The notes beneath the pieces are model-generated. The model ran no database searches and was not told the DNA's origin. It saw nothing but the letters and a program-made list of their open reading frames with translations. From the NCBI GenBank assembly GCA_051294375.1, contig CM119269.1:6058735-6122734 (forward strand): a DNA stretch of 64,000 nucleotides, given 5' to 3'. Source of the stretch: Paraspadella gotoi. Taxonomy: Eukaryota > Animalia > Chaetognatha. The translations under genes and the position numbers were made by a program. Below, piece after piece: positions 27,261 through 38,300 of this stretch (its first letter is position 1; the number at the start of each line of letters is the position of its first letter).

Positions 27261-27784
27261 GAGAGAGAGAGAGAGCAAAGACGAGGACCCGAATTTATTC
27301 CCCTTCTTTTCTTCTCTCTTCTCTCGCGATGATTCCGGGTTTATTTTCGGGATCACGAGTTTTTCCTTTTAAAAGAGGAAAGGACTGGAAGAGTTGGGGC
27401 GTGGCCCCTAGGGGGCAGTGAATAACGGCGTCTCCAACGCAGTTAAATTCCGAAAGTGACGTTAAACTTTGACCGGAAACGACTCGGCGTAATTCGCGAC
27501 GGGCCGTCGCGCCTTGGCAACGAGGGTTCTTGGCTTAGACCGCCCTTGGCAACGATCGCCCTTAGCAACGTCGCTTCATGGAACCGACGCCCCTTGGCAA
27601 CGTTACCACGGGCGTCTCGCTTCGGTGCGTCGCCCGCTTATTGAAGCGACAACACAGCCAAGTCTTCCACTTCGCTTTGCAATCACGACTCACATTATCA
27701 GCTTTCTTTCATGACCAGTGAATGTCACTGCCTTCACGTCGGGGGAATCGTCGCCCGATCGTAGACGTTTAACGTGAGATTCTT
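25300..27784 (+). repeat. Left arm of a ~2.6 kb inverted duplication, ending at the 25-N gap 27785-27809
   Basis: 25412 tctcactataaactcccttttactcgaaataacg is the reverse complement of ~30878-30912; 27760-27784 mirrors 28140-28165. Confidence 0.93.
27506..27616 (+). promoter_or_regulatory. Cluster of RFX X-box-like motifs (mirrored at ~28320-28425)
   Basis: CCTTRGCAAC at 27512, 27544, 27560 and 27592. ATCGCCCTTAGCAAC 27555-27569 fits RTNRCC-N3-RGYAAC. Confidence 0.4.
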
Positions 27785-27809
27785 NNNNNNNNNNNNNNNN
27801 NNNNNNNNN

Positions 27810-28045
27810 GTATAGTAAGTATTTTCCACTTCATTGATAGGGAAGCCAGGTACTCTGGGATGAATAAACGAGACTGTGAGAGAGTCTTGATTGAAAGCTT
27901 GCAGGGACTGCATGTCTCTATCTTGGTAAGAGTGATGGAGCCTTAAACCACCAAAGGCCTGTCAGCATAAGTCAGGGGCAAGATAGCGTTATTTATTAAA
28001 TGAATGGATAATTTTTTATATTGGTTGTTACGCAAATTTCATAAT
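27810..28045 (-). mobile_element. Dispersed MITE-like repeat family, longest fragment
   Basis: Reverse complement matches 57240-57432 (ctccatcactctta..ctgcaagctttcaatcaa(a)gact..cccagagta) and 44145-44315. Its 27969-28040 part matches 53334-53400 and, inverted, 3595-3650. Element class not established. Confidence 0.7.
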
Positions 28046-29157
28046 ATTAGCGAAAAACTAACTTTCTAAATGTATCTTTGAGTCTTTCTCTCTTTTAACT
28101 CGAAATTCAGTCGCGATTCAGATTCTTCGACACGCATCGAAGAATCTAACGTTAAACGTCTCGATCGGTGCCGACGATTCCCCCGAGCGTGAAAGGCCAG
28201 TGTACAATCACTGGTCAATGGTGAAGAAAGCTTGATAAATGTGAGTCGTGATTGCAAAGCGAAGTGGAAGATTTGGCTGTGTTGTCGCTTCAATAAGCGG
28301 GCGAACGCACCGAAGCGAGACGCCCGTGGTACGTTGCCAAGGGGCGTCGGTTCCATGAAGCGACTTGCTAAGGGGCGACGTTGCCAAGGGCGGTCTAAGC
28401 CAAGAACCCCTCGTTGCCAAGGCGCGTTAACGGCCCGTCGCGAATTAACGGCGAGTCCGTTTCCGGTCAAAGTTTAACGTCACTTTCCGGAATTTAACTG
28501 CGTTGGGAGACGCCGTATTACACTGCCCCGTAGGGGCACGGTCCCAACTCTTCAAATCCTTTCCTCTTTAAAAGGAAAAACTCGTGATCCCCGAAAATAA
28601 ACCCGGAATCATCCGCGAGAGAAGAGAGAAGAAAGAAGGGGAATAAATTCGGTCCTCGGTGCTTTGCTCTCTCTCTCTCTCTCTCTCTCTCCCTCTCTCT
28701 ATCTCTCTGCTCTCTCTCTCTCCTCTCTCTCTCTTCTCTCTCTCTCTTCTCTCGCGCGCGTGACAAAATGGTATCATGCCTCCCGCTCGTGAACCTTTGT
28801 ACCTCTCCTCTCGTCTCGTCTATCACCAATCATCTCCTCTCTCTCATCGGCCAACGCCTCTTCCGGGTTTCCGCGAAGGATAAAATGGCCAAGTGCTCTT
28901 TTCCGAGAGAAATGCGATAAAAAATGTGGAAGATAATGTTTTTTATGTGATTTGGTGGAAAAGAGTTTTGAGATACTGGACTGCGTTGTAAGATTTTCTT
29001 GTTGAGAGGGCTTGTTTGCACCGATAACTTCATTCATAACAATGATATACAGAAAATAAGCTAGACAAACACATAAACCATAACTGATAAACCAGCTCAA
29101 ATAGATTTGGGTGTATATTTTTGTTAATATAATAAGTCGCACTCATACATAACTTAC

Positions 29158-29184
29158 CTTATGCACATCTTTAAAGCGCCCCAT
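29158..29184 (-). CDS. Candidate first coding exon MGRFKDVHK of an unidentified, possibly ciliary, gene
   Basis: aaATGG start, 27 nt open, ending AAG|gtaagt (consensus donor at 29157-29152). X-box lies 101 bp upstream. Confidence 0.4.
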
Positions 29185-29284
29185 TTGTTTCAAAAGGAAA
29201 GACGTCCTCGACTCTTCTGTCTCGAAAAGTCAATCATCGTTATCGCGCAATCGTCGTCCCCATGCGTCGTCGTCTGTCGTCATC

Positions 29285-29298
29285 GTCTCTATGGTAAC
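29285..29298. promoter_or_regulatory. RFX X-box GTCTCTATGGTAAC
   Basis: Matches the 14-bp consensus RTHNYYWTRRNRAC at every position and lies about 100 bp from a candidate ATG. Confidence 0.55.
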
Positions 29299-32200
29299 GA
29301 GGACGCATTCCGAAATAAGTATTACCGCTCAGAGACTCGAAGCGAAAGGGAACTCAATTCTGTTCTCTTTTGTTGTCTTTTTGCGAGAATCTCAAAGGCG
29401 GAGCGTCGTTGACTCCTGATTGCAGTTTCGCGACCGTGCGTCGCTGAGCGTTAGCGCGAAGTGTTATATCCTAAGTCGCGTATCAAGGCTTCCCGAAAAA
29501 GAAGCTGGGATCTTGCAGTCGAGGCCGACCGCCAGTTCGCATAATCTTCGCAAAACAATGGCCGTTCTCACACTGGTTCCATTGCCTCGAATTGCTTTTA
29601 TTTGCGGAGAGGCGTAAACACATCTTCATGTGTGAAGTGCTGGACGCGTTGCCGAAGTCGTTTATTTGTCCGTCTTGCGTCATTTGCTGGAAAGTTTCGG
29701 TGTCGCAATAGCTTCCCACCCTTTTATACAACCAATTGATTTTTTGTTTTTTTTTCTGGATTAATTCCTTGTCGAAGCTATTTGATTTAAAAAATAACAT
29801 TTTAGAAGGCAAGTATTTAATTATCTAACCATTTTCTCTGCCATCATCCCTTTCGTTTGCAATGATTGCCGTCACCATGGGAGAGGCCCATGCGCCCCCC
29901 CCTTTTCGCTCCTCACGCATTAACATTAATGGGCGACAGAGAAATTCCTCCCCGTGGTACAAGGCGGTGGGACTGTTATATTCTAGCGTACGGTGAAAAA
30001 CTGCGATTTGCCGAAGAATCGGTATTCTGATATAAGTTTTATAAGCAGATGAGCCAAGATAGTCCGTAGATGGTAAATAGATAATACGATACATAATAGC
30101 TAATAGATAGATTAGTCATAGGTATTGATGTAGTCATATAATAGCATAAATGTAAATCGTTATTAATAATGATAATAATGAATAAGTAAAAAAAAAAATA
30201 TTTAATCCCTGATAAAAACTGTGCCCCTTGGTACATATTTTCTCAAATAATTAATACTAATTACTAATAATACTAAAACCCTTACTTAACCCGCACCAAT
30301 TCTGGCAATCACAAGTAGAAGCAGCGTTTTTGAAATTCCCATCGAATCTCCTCCTTCCTGTCCGACTGAGGATTTTTGGGCAATAAAACAGACTCGAAAA
30401 GTCTCAACCGTCACGCCTAATCTAACAAATCCTGGCGAAGCGTGAGCGGGAGGACTGGGATATAGGTGTGGCGGGGGTGGGTAGGGTGATGTGGGTGGGT
30501 GGCCAACTGTGTTGAAAGGGATTGGGGGCATCGGAGGGACAGGCCGTTTCGGGCCGTCTTTGTCGCGGAAATTTTTGCTTCACGACAGAAAAAAAAAAGT
30601 GTTCTTGACAGACTCGAGTGAAAAAGTATCGAGAAAAGGTTACGAACCTGCCCGGTAATTCTTTTGAGTTGTCAAGGTTGAGTCGATGCATCAATAGGTA
30701 GAAGTGTAAATGGCAAACACAAAGAATACGCAATAGACCCGTTACGCGACGCCGTGGGGCTGATGTACATGTTTCGTGGCTTTATGAATCATGGGAGGCA
30801 CGTTTTTACGTAAAATTTGAACTCGCCGGTTCCAAATTTTCAGTTAGATGAAGAATTTTTTTTCGCGTGGTTAAAATCGTTATTTCGAGTAAAAGGGAGT
30901 TTTATAGTGAGAGAATATATGTCAAACTAAGTTTTAAACTTCGGAGATTATTAAGCTAATTTAGCTATCAATCGGCAGTAGAGTGAGGGAAAAATATTAA
31001 AATTTATAAAATAAAAAAAGTAAATTAAAAATAATAAAAATAAAAAAAAATACAAAATTTAAATACTATTAAAAGTTCCGTCAAACTGATATTGGCGCAT
31101 TGTTCATTCTTCAAAAGAAATAAAAATTCCTTTTCTCTCTAAATATCGGCTTCTGCCAAAACAAAGACCGGTGAAAATAGTCGGCCGGCCAGATAAAAGA
31201 CCGGTCAAACTTGATACTAATCAGTTTAAAAACGTGAGAGAGAGAAAGAGTGAGAGAGAGAGAGAAAGACAGACATACAGGCCAAGAGACTGCTAGAGCA
31301 TTCTTTCTCTCGCGGTTCTTTCTTTCTCAGATTTACTTCATCTCACCAATCACGAATCACCGATGTTTTTCACCTTTGAGCGGGCAGCACTCGCGGCTGC
31401 GAAATCCTCGTCATAAAGTGATGTTTCACTTATTTCAACGTGAACGTCTTTTGAATCGCTTGTTCGGCGCCAAGGAGTAATTCTTTCCTTTTTTTTCCAA
31501 CGAAGCGAAACTTTTATTCCATCTTCGTCTTTTTATGTCTCGACTCATGAAATCGAATTCCTTACGACTCAATCCTCTTTTCTACGGATATTCTTCATTC
31601 CTCTTCTCTTTTCATTCGCTTTTCTTTTCTTTTCTTTTTCGCCATTTACTTTTCTTCTCCTCTAATATTTTTGTCTCCTCTCCTCTCCTCTCCTCTTTTG
31701 TCCCCTTTTTTTTCCAAACTCCTTTCTGCTTCTTTTCTTCTCTTCTCTTTTCTTCTCTTTCTATTCATCTTTTCTCTCCACTTCCCTCTAACGCATCAGA
31801 ACTGTAATCGCTGCGTCTCGTGAAGCGAAGCAATCTCGACCAGCATCACCACCGACCCGGACAACGATTTAAATCGCATCTTTTTATTTATTTATTTATT
31901 TAATTACACGACCACATCTTCATCCACAGGCATGCCACAGATTGCACACGCATGACAATTGACCACACGCGAATCCACCAGCATGATTATTGATTAAATC
32001 TATCATCAACAGTCATGACTTCTTTTTTTTATCATAGCCATTAGCCACATCCTCTTCCTGTAATAAACTGACGCGACCACATTCTAATTTTCGTCACAAC
32101 ACAACAGTCATTTCCACGGATGGCGTGACCACTGACCAGTGACCACTGACCACTTACCACAACTAGCCAATCAATCATATCAATTGTTTCCCGGTCAATT

Positions 32201-32757
32201 TCCATCCCTTATCCTCCTCCTCCCTCTTTTCTCCTCATCCTTGCTAAACTTTCCTTCTGACTCTCGATGCTTGAATAACGAAAAACCCGCGACTGACTCC
32301 CCCCCTCTTCGCCCCCCTCCCCCACGACTCTCCTTTATTCCTTTTCGTTGTTGTCTTGCGATCCTATTTACTACTACCTGAGACCGAGGTTCTTTTTTTT
32401 CTTCTCTCGCTCCCTTTACACCTTTACGCTTACATTTGCCGTCTCTCTCTGATTGTTTTGCATTTTGGGGTGAATTTATGTTATTTATTTAAATTCGTTA
32501 GTGAATTTTATTTGAATTTATGATTGATCATTCTTTTAACTATAGATAAGTAAGTTGTCTTAGTAAACTATGAATAAATTTTCCTCAGTTCCATTTTTTT
32601 TTTCATAGAAGCATTTTTTTTTAAAAACTTTTTGGTTTCTATGTAAAATTTTTACTGCGCAATATAAAAAAAACCCCATAATGTCCCGATGATACTCCCG
32701 ATCGATTATCCCTTATATTCCCTCTCCCCCCCCCCCGCGCCTCCTCCCTCCTACCCC

Positions 32758-33711
32758 CACTATGAGCCATAGTAAGGTGGACAGCAGAAATTTCATACAG
32801 CCTCGCTACCCACCTGTAACCATACACTATGAAGCCATAGTTTAGGTGACAGCAGAAAATTTCATACAGCCTCGCTACCCCACCTGTAACCACTACCCAC
32901 TATGAAGCATAGTAAGGTGGACAGCAGAAAATTTTACATAACATGCCTCGCTACCCACCTGTTAACCACTACACTATGAAGCCATAGTAAGGTGGACAGC
33001 AGAAAATTTATACAGCCTCGCTACCACCTGTAACACTACACTATGAAGCCATAGTAAGGTGGACAGCAGAAAATTATCATACAGCCTCGCTACCCACCTG
33101 TAACCACTACACTATGAAGCCATAGTAAGGTGTGACAGCAGAAAATTTCATACAGCCTCGCTATCCCACCTGTAACCACTACACTATGAAGCCATAGTAA
33201 GGTGGACAGCAGAAAATTTCATACAGCCTCCGCTACCACCTGTACCACTACACTATGAAAGCCATAGTAAGGTGGACAGCGAGAAAATTTTCATACAGCC
33301 TGCCTACCCACCTGTAACCACTACACTATGAAGCCATTAGTAGTGGACAGCAGAAAATTTCATACAGCCTCGCTACCCACACTGTAACCACACACTATGA
33401 AGCCATAAGTAAGGTGACAGCAGAAAATTTCATACAGCCTCGCTACCACCCACTGTAACCACTACACTATGAGCCATAGTAAGGTGGACAGCAGAAAATT
33501 TCATACAGCCTCGCTACCCACCTGTAACCAATCACTACATGAAGCATAGTAAGGTGGACAGCAGAAAAATTTCATACAGGCCTCGCTACCCACACTGTAC
33601 ACTTACACTATGAAGCCCATAGTAAGGTGGACAGCAGAAAATTTCATACAGCCTCGCTACCCACCTGTAACCACTTACACTATGAAGCCAAGTAAAGGTG
33701 GACAGCAGAAT
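32758..33711. repeat. 70-bp minisatellite, ~13.5 copies
   Basis: Consensus cactatgaagccatagtaaggtggacagcagaaaatttcatacagcctcgctacccacctgtaaccacta; copies differ mainly by 1-2 nt indels. Confidence 0.97.
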
Positions 33712-34236
33712 TCCGCGCTATTTCTAATGCATTAAGCCACCAGCCCACCCACCTCCAATAATTTGTTTTTGATTTTATCTATTAGCAAAAAGCTTTATCC
33801 TTGGAACTTGTTTGATTGAAAAGTAATTGCAGTATACCACTTATTTGCTTTGAAGTATCTTCAATTCTATTATGGTTTTAATGTTAGAATGCATATCTAA
33901 TTAATACTTTCACCTCCTATAATATGTAAGTTTCCTAAATATTTTTTTTATTTTTCATTCTTAAAAATAGAATACTACAATATGCAAATTGAGTTATAAA
34001 TACTCAAAGGTTTTTAAATAATGCAAAATACAGTCAGAGAAAAATTTTTATTACAAACGTTAAAAACTTATTAAGAAAGGATAATTACAAAAAAATTGAC
34101 ATGGGACTGAGATAGCCAGGGATTTTTATATTAACGGTTTAACTAAAAAAGTATAATGTAATTTCTCTCGATTCGTTTTTGTTTGGTAAGTTTAGTTACA
34201 ACGTTTTTATTATTTAAAAACAACGGTTAAATTTAA

Positions 34237-34297
34237 ACAAAAATAACGGATATGTTTCGTCTCTGATGAGAGCCTTCTTCAGCGCGAAAAATATTGT
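34237..34297 (-). ncRNA. Degenerate minimal type I hammerhead ribozyme motif (Penelope-type)
   Basis: Minus strand reads gcg CTGAAGA aggctctcatcagagac GAAACATATC cgt. Core boxes and a gcg/cgt stem I are present; stems II and III are imperfect. Confidence 0.55.
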
Positions 34298-34455
34298 TTT
34301 GTAAAAATAGTTTTTCACAGATTTGAAGAAGAGAGAGAGAGAGAGAGAAGAGGAGAGAGGGACAGAGATAAAAGTTTTCAACAAAGAATTTATTTCACTA
34401 AAATCTTTACTTATCTATCCCTCTGAATTAAACTCTTATATTTCAATTTCATTCA

Positions 34456-34622
34456 TTTCGGGATCAGGCTGTAACACCATGTACAGGCGATTTAAGCGCC
34501 CCGTCCTCTTAACTGCCAGACGACCAACGGGCTAGAACCCGGACCTTTGGGTTGGGAGGCGAATGACTGCCTACGGCATCATGGCCGCTGATGAACGTTT
34601 GGTGGTTTTTAGTCCACTATAC
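34456..34622 (-). mobile_element. tRNA-related SINE-like element, copy 1
   Basis: Reverse complement aligns with 58953-59111. The segment ttcgcctcccaacccaaaggtccgggttctagcccg resembles the tRNA-Gly anticodon arm and B box. Confidence 0.65.
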
Positions 34623-34848
34623 AATTTTGGTATTAGACATACAATCAAGTTTGTTTAATCTTTGTTGTACATTGCTCAAATGTAATTGTTTATTTCTCTC
34701 ATCTCTCTCTCTCTCTCTCTCTACTCTCTCACCTTCACCAAATTTCATTTCTTTTCACCACTTATTCTATCTAGCCTCAACTAAATCTGTCCTCTAAACT
34801 GACCACTAATCTCTCTCAATTCTTTGTTGGAAACTTTAACCTTTTCTA

Positions 34849-34879
<31 letters not shown>

Positions 34880-34905
34880 AACTCACAAATTGTCCCATTA
34901 TCACA

Positions 34906-34969
34906 ACAGTCAAAAGCGCTGATGAAGGACTCGAAAATCTTTGAGGTCGAAAAACATGTCTGCAACTGT
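34906..34969 (+). ncRNA. Minimal type I hammerhead ribozyme motif (Penelope-type)
   Basis: acagt caaaa gcg CTGATGA (34919-34925) aggactc-gaaaatcttt-gaggtc GAAAaa CATGTC tgc a actgt. Stem I gcg/tgc plus acagt/actgt, palindromic ACATGT stem III, GUC cleavage triplet at 34958-34960. Two extra A after GAAA. Confidence 0.68.
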
Positions 34970-35251
34970 ATTATAATAAAATTGTGTAACATCTCTCTAT
35001 CGATATTGATATCGATATTGATTGGGTGAGCTTCTTTGTGACGTAGTCGTCGTCGTCGTCGTCGGCGGCGTCACGCATTTTTATATAAAAACTACTACGC
35101 TTTTATAGTTTTTGGCTGGGACTTACCGTTTTTTTTTAAATAAAAATTTTTATAAATTACAATGAAGTTTTATAAAACTGTGCTAGTAAGACAAACCGTA
35201 TTGTAGACCGAGACAGTACCCATAGCAATCAATCAAAACTCTTCTCTTTCT

Positions 35252-35298
<47 letters not shown>

Positions 35299-35396
35299 CT
35301 CTTTACTCTCTTTATATCTCTCTTTCTTTCTCTCTTTCTTTCTATTCTTTTCTTTCTTCTGGTTTTGTCGTGCTTTTTTAACTTATCTTCTTTCAC

Positions 35397-38300
35397 CTTG
35401 TTGTATGAAAGAAGCCGCCTCGACGGACACCGACGAAACTCCACTCTCCTCCAAAGTCCTGAAAACATATTTAAGATTAATAAATTTTAAACGAATATCA
35501 CTTTCGATCGTTAAAATAAAGTTAATATATTAGAATTTGTAATATATAATTTTAATGAATAATTATAATAATAATAATATATCTAAGCACTAATATAGTT
35601 GAAACAATTAATTTGGCTTATTCTTTCATTATTAATTTAAAAACAAACAAACATCTTCGCCCACAAACGTTTTCCCTTTTGTTCAAAACTCACTTCAGCA
35701 AAATTCCGACGTTGGATTTGCTGGTCGAACGCGAACCTGAGGGCCGCTGAAGGGGCCGGCCTGGGCCGGCCAGGGGGCTCAGAGCGGCTCGGGCTTAGGA
35801 GGCCGGTGGGGCGGTGTCCGGAAAAGGTCGCGTGGCGCTTTGTCGACGGCCAATTTGCTCGTTCGAGAAGCTCGTCCTCGTCTGGAAAATCATCGACGGG
35901 GACCTGAGAAATATTTTTCAAATTTAGGCAATTATTAAAAAACTAATGTTTTATAAATTTTATCAAAACCTTTTTAAAAGTTTATAAAAGAACGAGGTCA
36001 GTTTTCTCCTGTCCAGCGCCGTTCAATAAAAAATAAGAATTAATAGCGCGCCGGTGAAACGCCTGACCTCATTGGACAACCAAACACGCAACCTGCAAAG
36101 ACCTGAGTTGTTGGAAGTTGATGGCTGATGATGCTGCGTGGGTTATGCGACGCTTCCTCTCAACCACCGCGGAGCAGAAGAAGAAACCTCCGAATCTCGA
36201 CTTGACACGCCTCCTCGCCCCTTGGAGCTGCGCGGTAGGCTGATGCTGCGCACTGTTGCTTGCAGCTGCCCCGGCGGCTAGGACTTGCAGCTGCAAGAAG
36301 AAATTACTCTTCTGCGCTGAAGCGGAAATCCGTGAGGGCTCGTTGCATGAATGATCGGCAGAGTCGTTCCGCTGAATCTGTGTCGAAGCAAATGATTTAA
36401 TTTAATTAATATTTTAATAAGCATGATTATGATATTTAACGGTGTGCTAAGAAACAAAAACATTCAGTTTTTCTCTGTGCTGCTTTATACTGATGATAAG
36501 CATTAAGCAATTTAATGGCGAAATATTTGAGAAAACTTGTTCTGTTACTCGTTCACAGTTAAATCTTCATAAGGATGAGTTTTTTATTTTGCTGCAATCA
36601 TCACATCATACTACTTAATAAACACTGAAAATCGATTTATACCTTCAAACTATCTGAGATGTAACCCTGATTCACACACAATCACTCAATCGTCTACTCA
36701 CGTCCGTCGAGCTGAATGTTCCTGTCGGGCATGGAATCGTGGAAAAGCTTTCGCATCCGACGTAGCACCAATTCCCGTATTGTCGGTCGTCGTCGTCGTG
36801 GGTCGGTTACTGCCGCCGAAGAGCTCAAAAGCTGTTTAATTAAAACAGTGATTGTTTTATATTTAAAAAAAAAAGTTTAAATCTAGAGAAAGAACTATAA
36901 TCAAAAAATTACCCACATTTACGTCAACTATGAGTACAAAAATGAGTACGAATTCAAAAACATTTAGAATTGAACGAAAGGAAAAAACAGATAAATGAGA
37001 GCCAAAACAGAAAGATGAGAAACTCATAAAAATATTTTTGAGGAATGAAAATGAAAATGAGCGGACAAAAACTTTGAAAAATTTCTTATCTATGTTTTCT
37101 TAAATAAGTTTTCAATCAGACTTTTCTATTGCTACTTTTGTTTGATCATAGCGAAACTGCTACAATTAGTGTACACAGTTGTACAACGGCTGCACAATTT
37201 TACCAGAGCCGCCGGCTAATAATAATGCTGCTCATTTCAAAGCAGATGGTTATTCATTGCATTTTAAAAATTTAGTTGAGTAGCAAAACATTAAGTAATT
37301 TATATGCTTCAAATTTTATATTGATCAGTTAAGCATATGCCCTGACAAGTTGATGGAGAAAGTGGCTTTGTAAAATACGGCGTTCATTTCCAACTCACTT
37401 TTTTTTAGATTTCAATTTTTTTCTTTCTTACTTTCAGTAAGTTTTCTGAATAAATTTGAAAAGATAAAAATAATTATTATAATATTATCTTCTGAAAGCC
37501 CTTTCAAACTTAAATAGAATGACTGTACATTACAAATGCTGTAAGATAAAAGGTATAACCGGTCCAGCCCTTTAATTTAATTAGTGCATTACTCAATAAA
37601 TGGCACATCTTTTCAAAATATCAATAACTGGAGGGTAAATTTAAGCATTTTTTATCAAATTGTGATTGGCTATCTTTAAATCTTCTTTTTTTCAGGTTTT
37701 ACGATACTTATATAAACAATAATATTTATGTATATAATCAATTATAAACAGGTTCATATATTTTAAAAAAAGATTTAAAATTTTACCATAATTCCCTTTT
37801 AGGGATCTCTTAATTAAACCAAGGCTGCAGCATTTAATTTTTATGTTAGAGCTTTCGTAAGCTATATCATTCTCTTCATTTTTTCTAAGCCGCGCTTTCT
37901 GAGGAAGTAATATTTGTTTAATATTTTAATAAATACTTTGTTTAAAAAAGTGCTAAAAGTTGAAAAAAAAAAAGAATAAAAAACAGTTGAGTTGCGAAAA
38001 TGAAACCGCGGATTTTGCAAGTCAACTTTCTAACCCCCCATTGTCAATGGCATATCTTAACTGATTAATATAAAATTTTAACACAAAAATTACTTTAATA
38101 TTTTTTACTCAACTAATTTTTTAAAATCAATGAAAAATCAACCACTGGGTTGCCAAATGACAGCGTTTTTTTTACGGGCGCTCGCTTGTAAAATTGTCAC
38201 CATGTACAATGTTAATTGTACAGTCTTTTCTAAACCTCATCTACGTAGATGCAAAGTTATTTTTTTATATTAATATTATGCAGAGTATGCCTTCCCATTA

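Larger units (their letters stand above)
28140..31010 (-). repeat. Right arm of the inverted duplication
   Basis: Collinear reverse-complement match to 25300-27784, differing mostly by single-base indels. Confidence 0.93.

Noticed and set aside
32758-33711. CRISPR array or twister ribozyme array
   Set aside because: There are no unique spacers or cas genes; atgaagc...ttca resembles twister P2, but P4 and the T1 pseudoknot cannot form.
34263-34300. Plus-strand hammerhead CTGATGA...GAAA overlapping the minus-strand motif
   Set aside because: Stem II is mismatched and no stem I forms; it looks coincidental.
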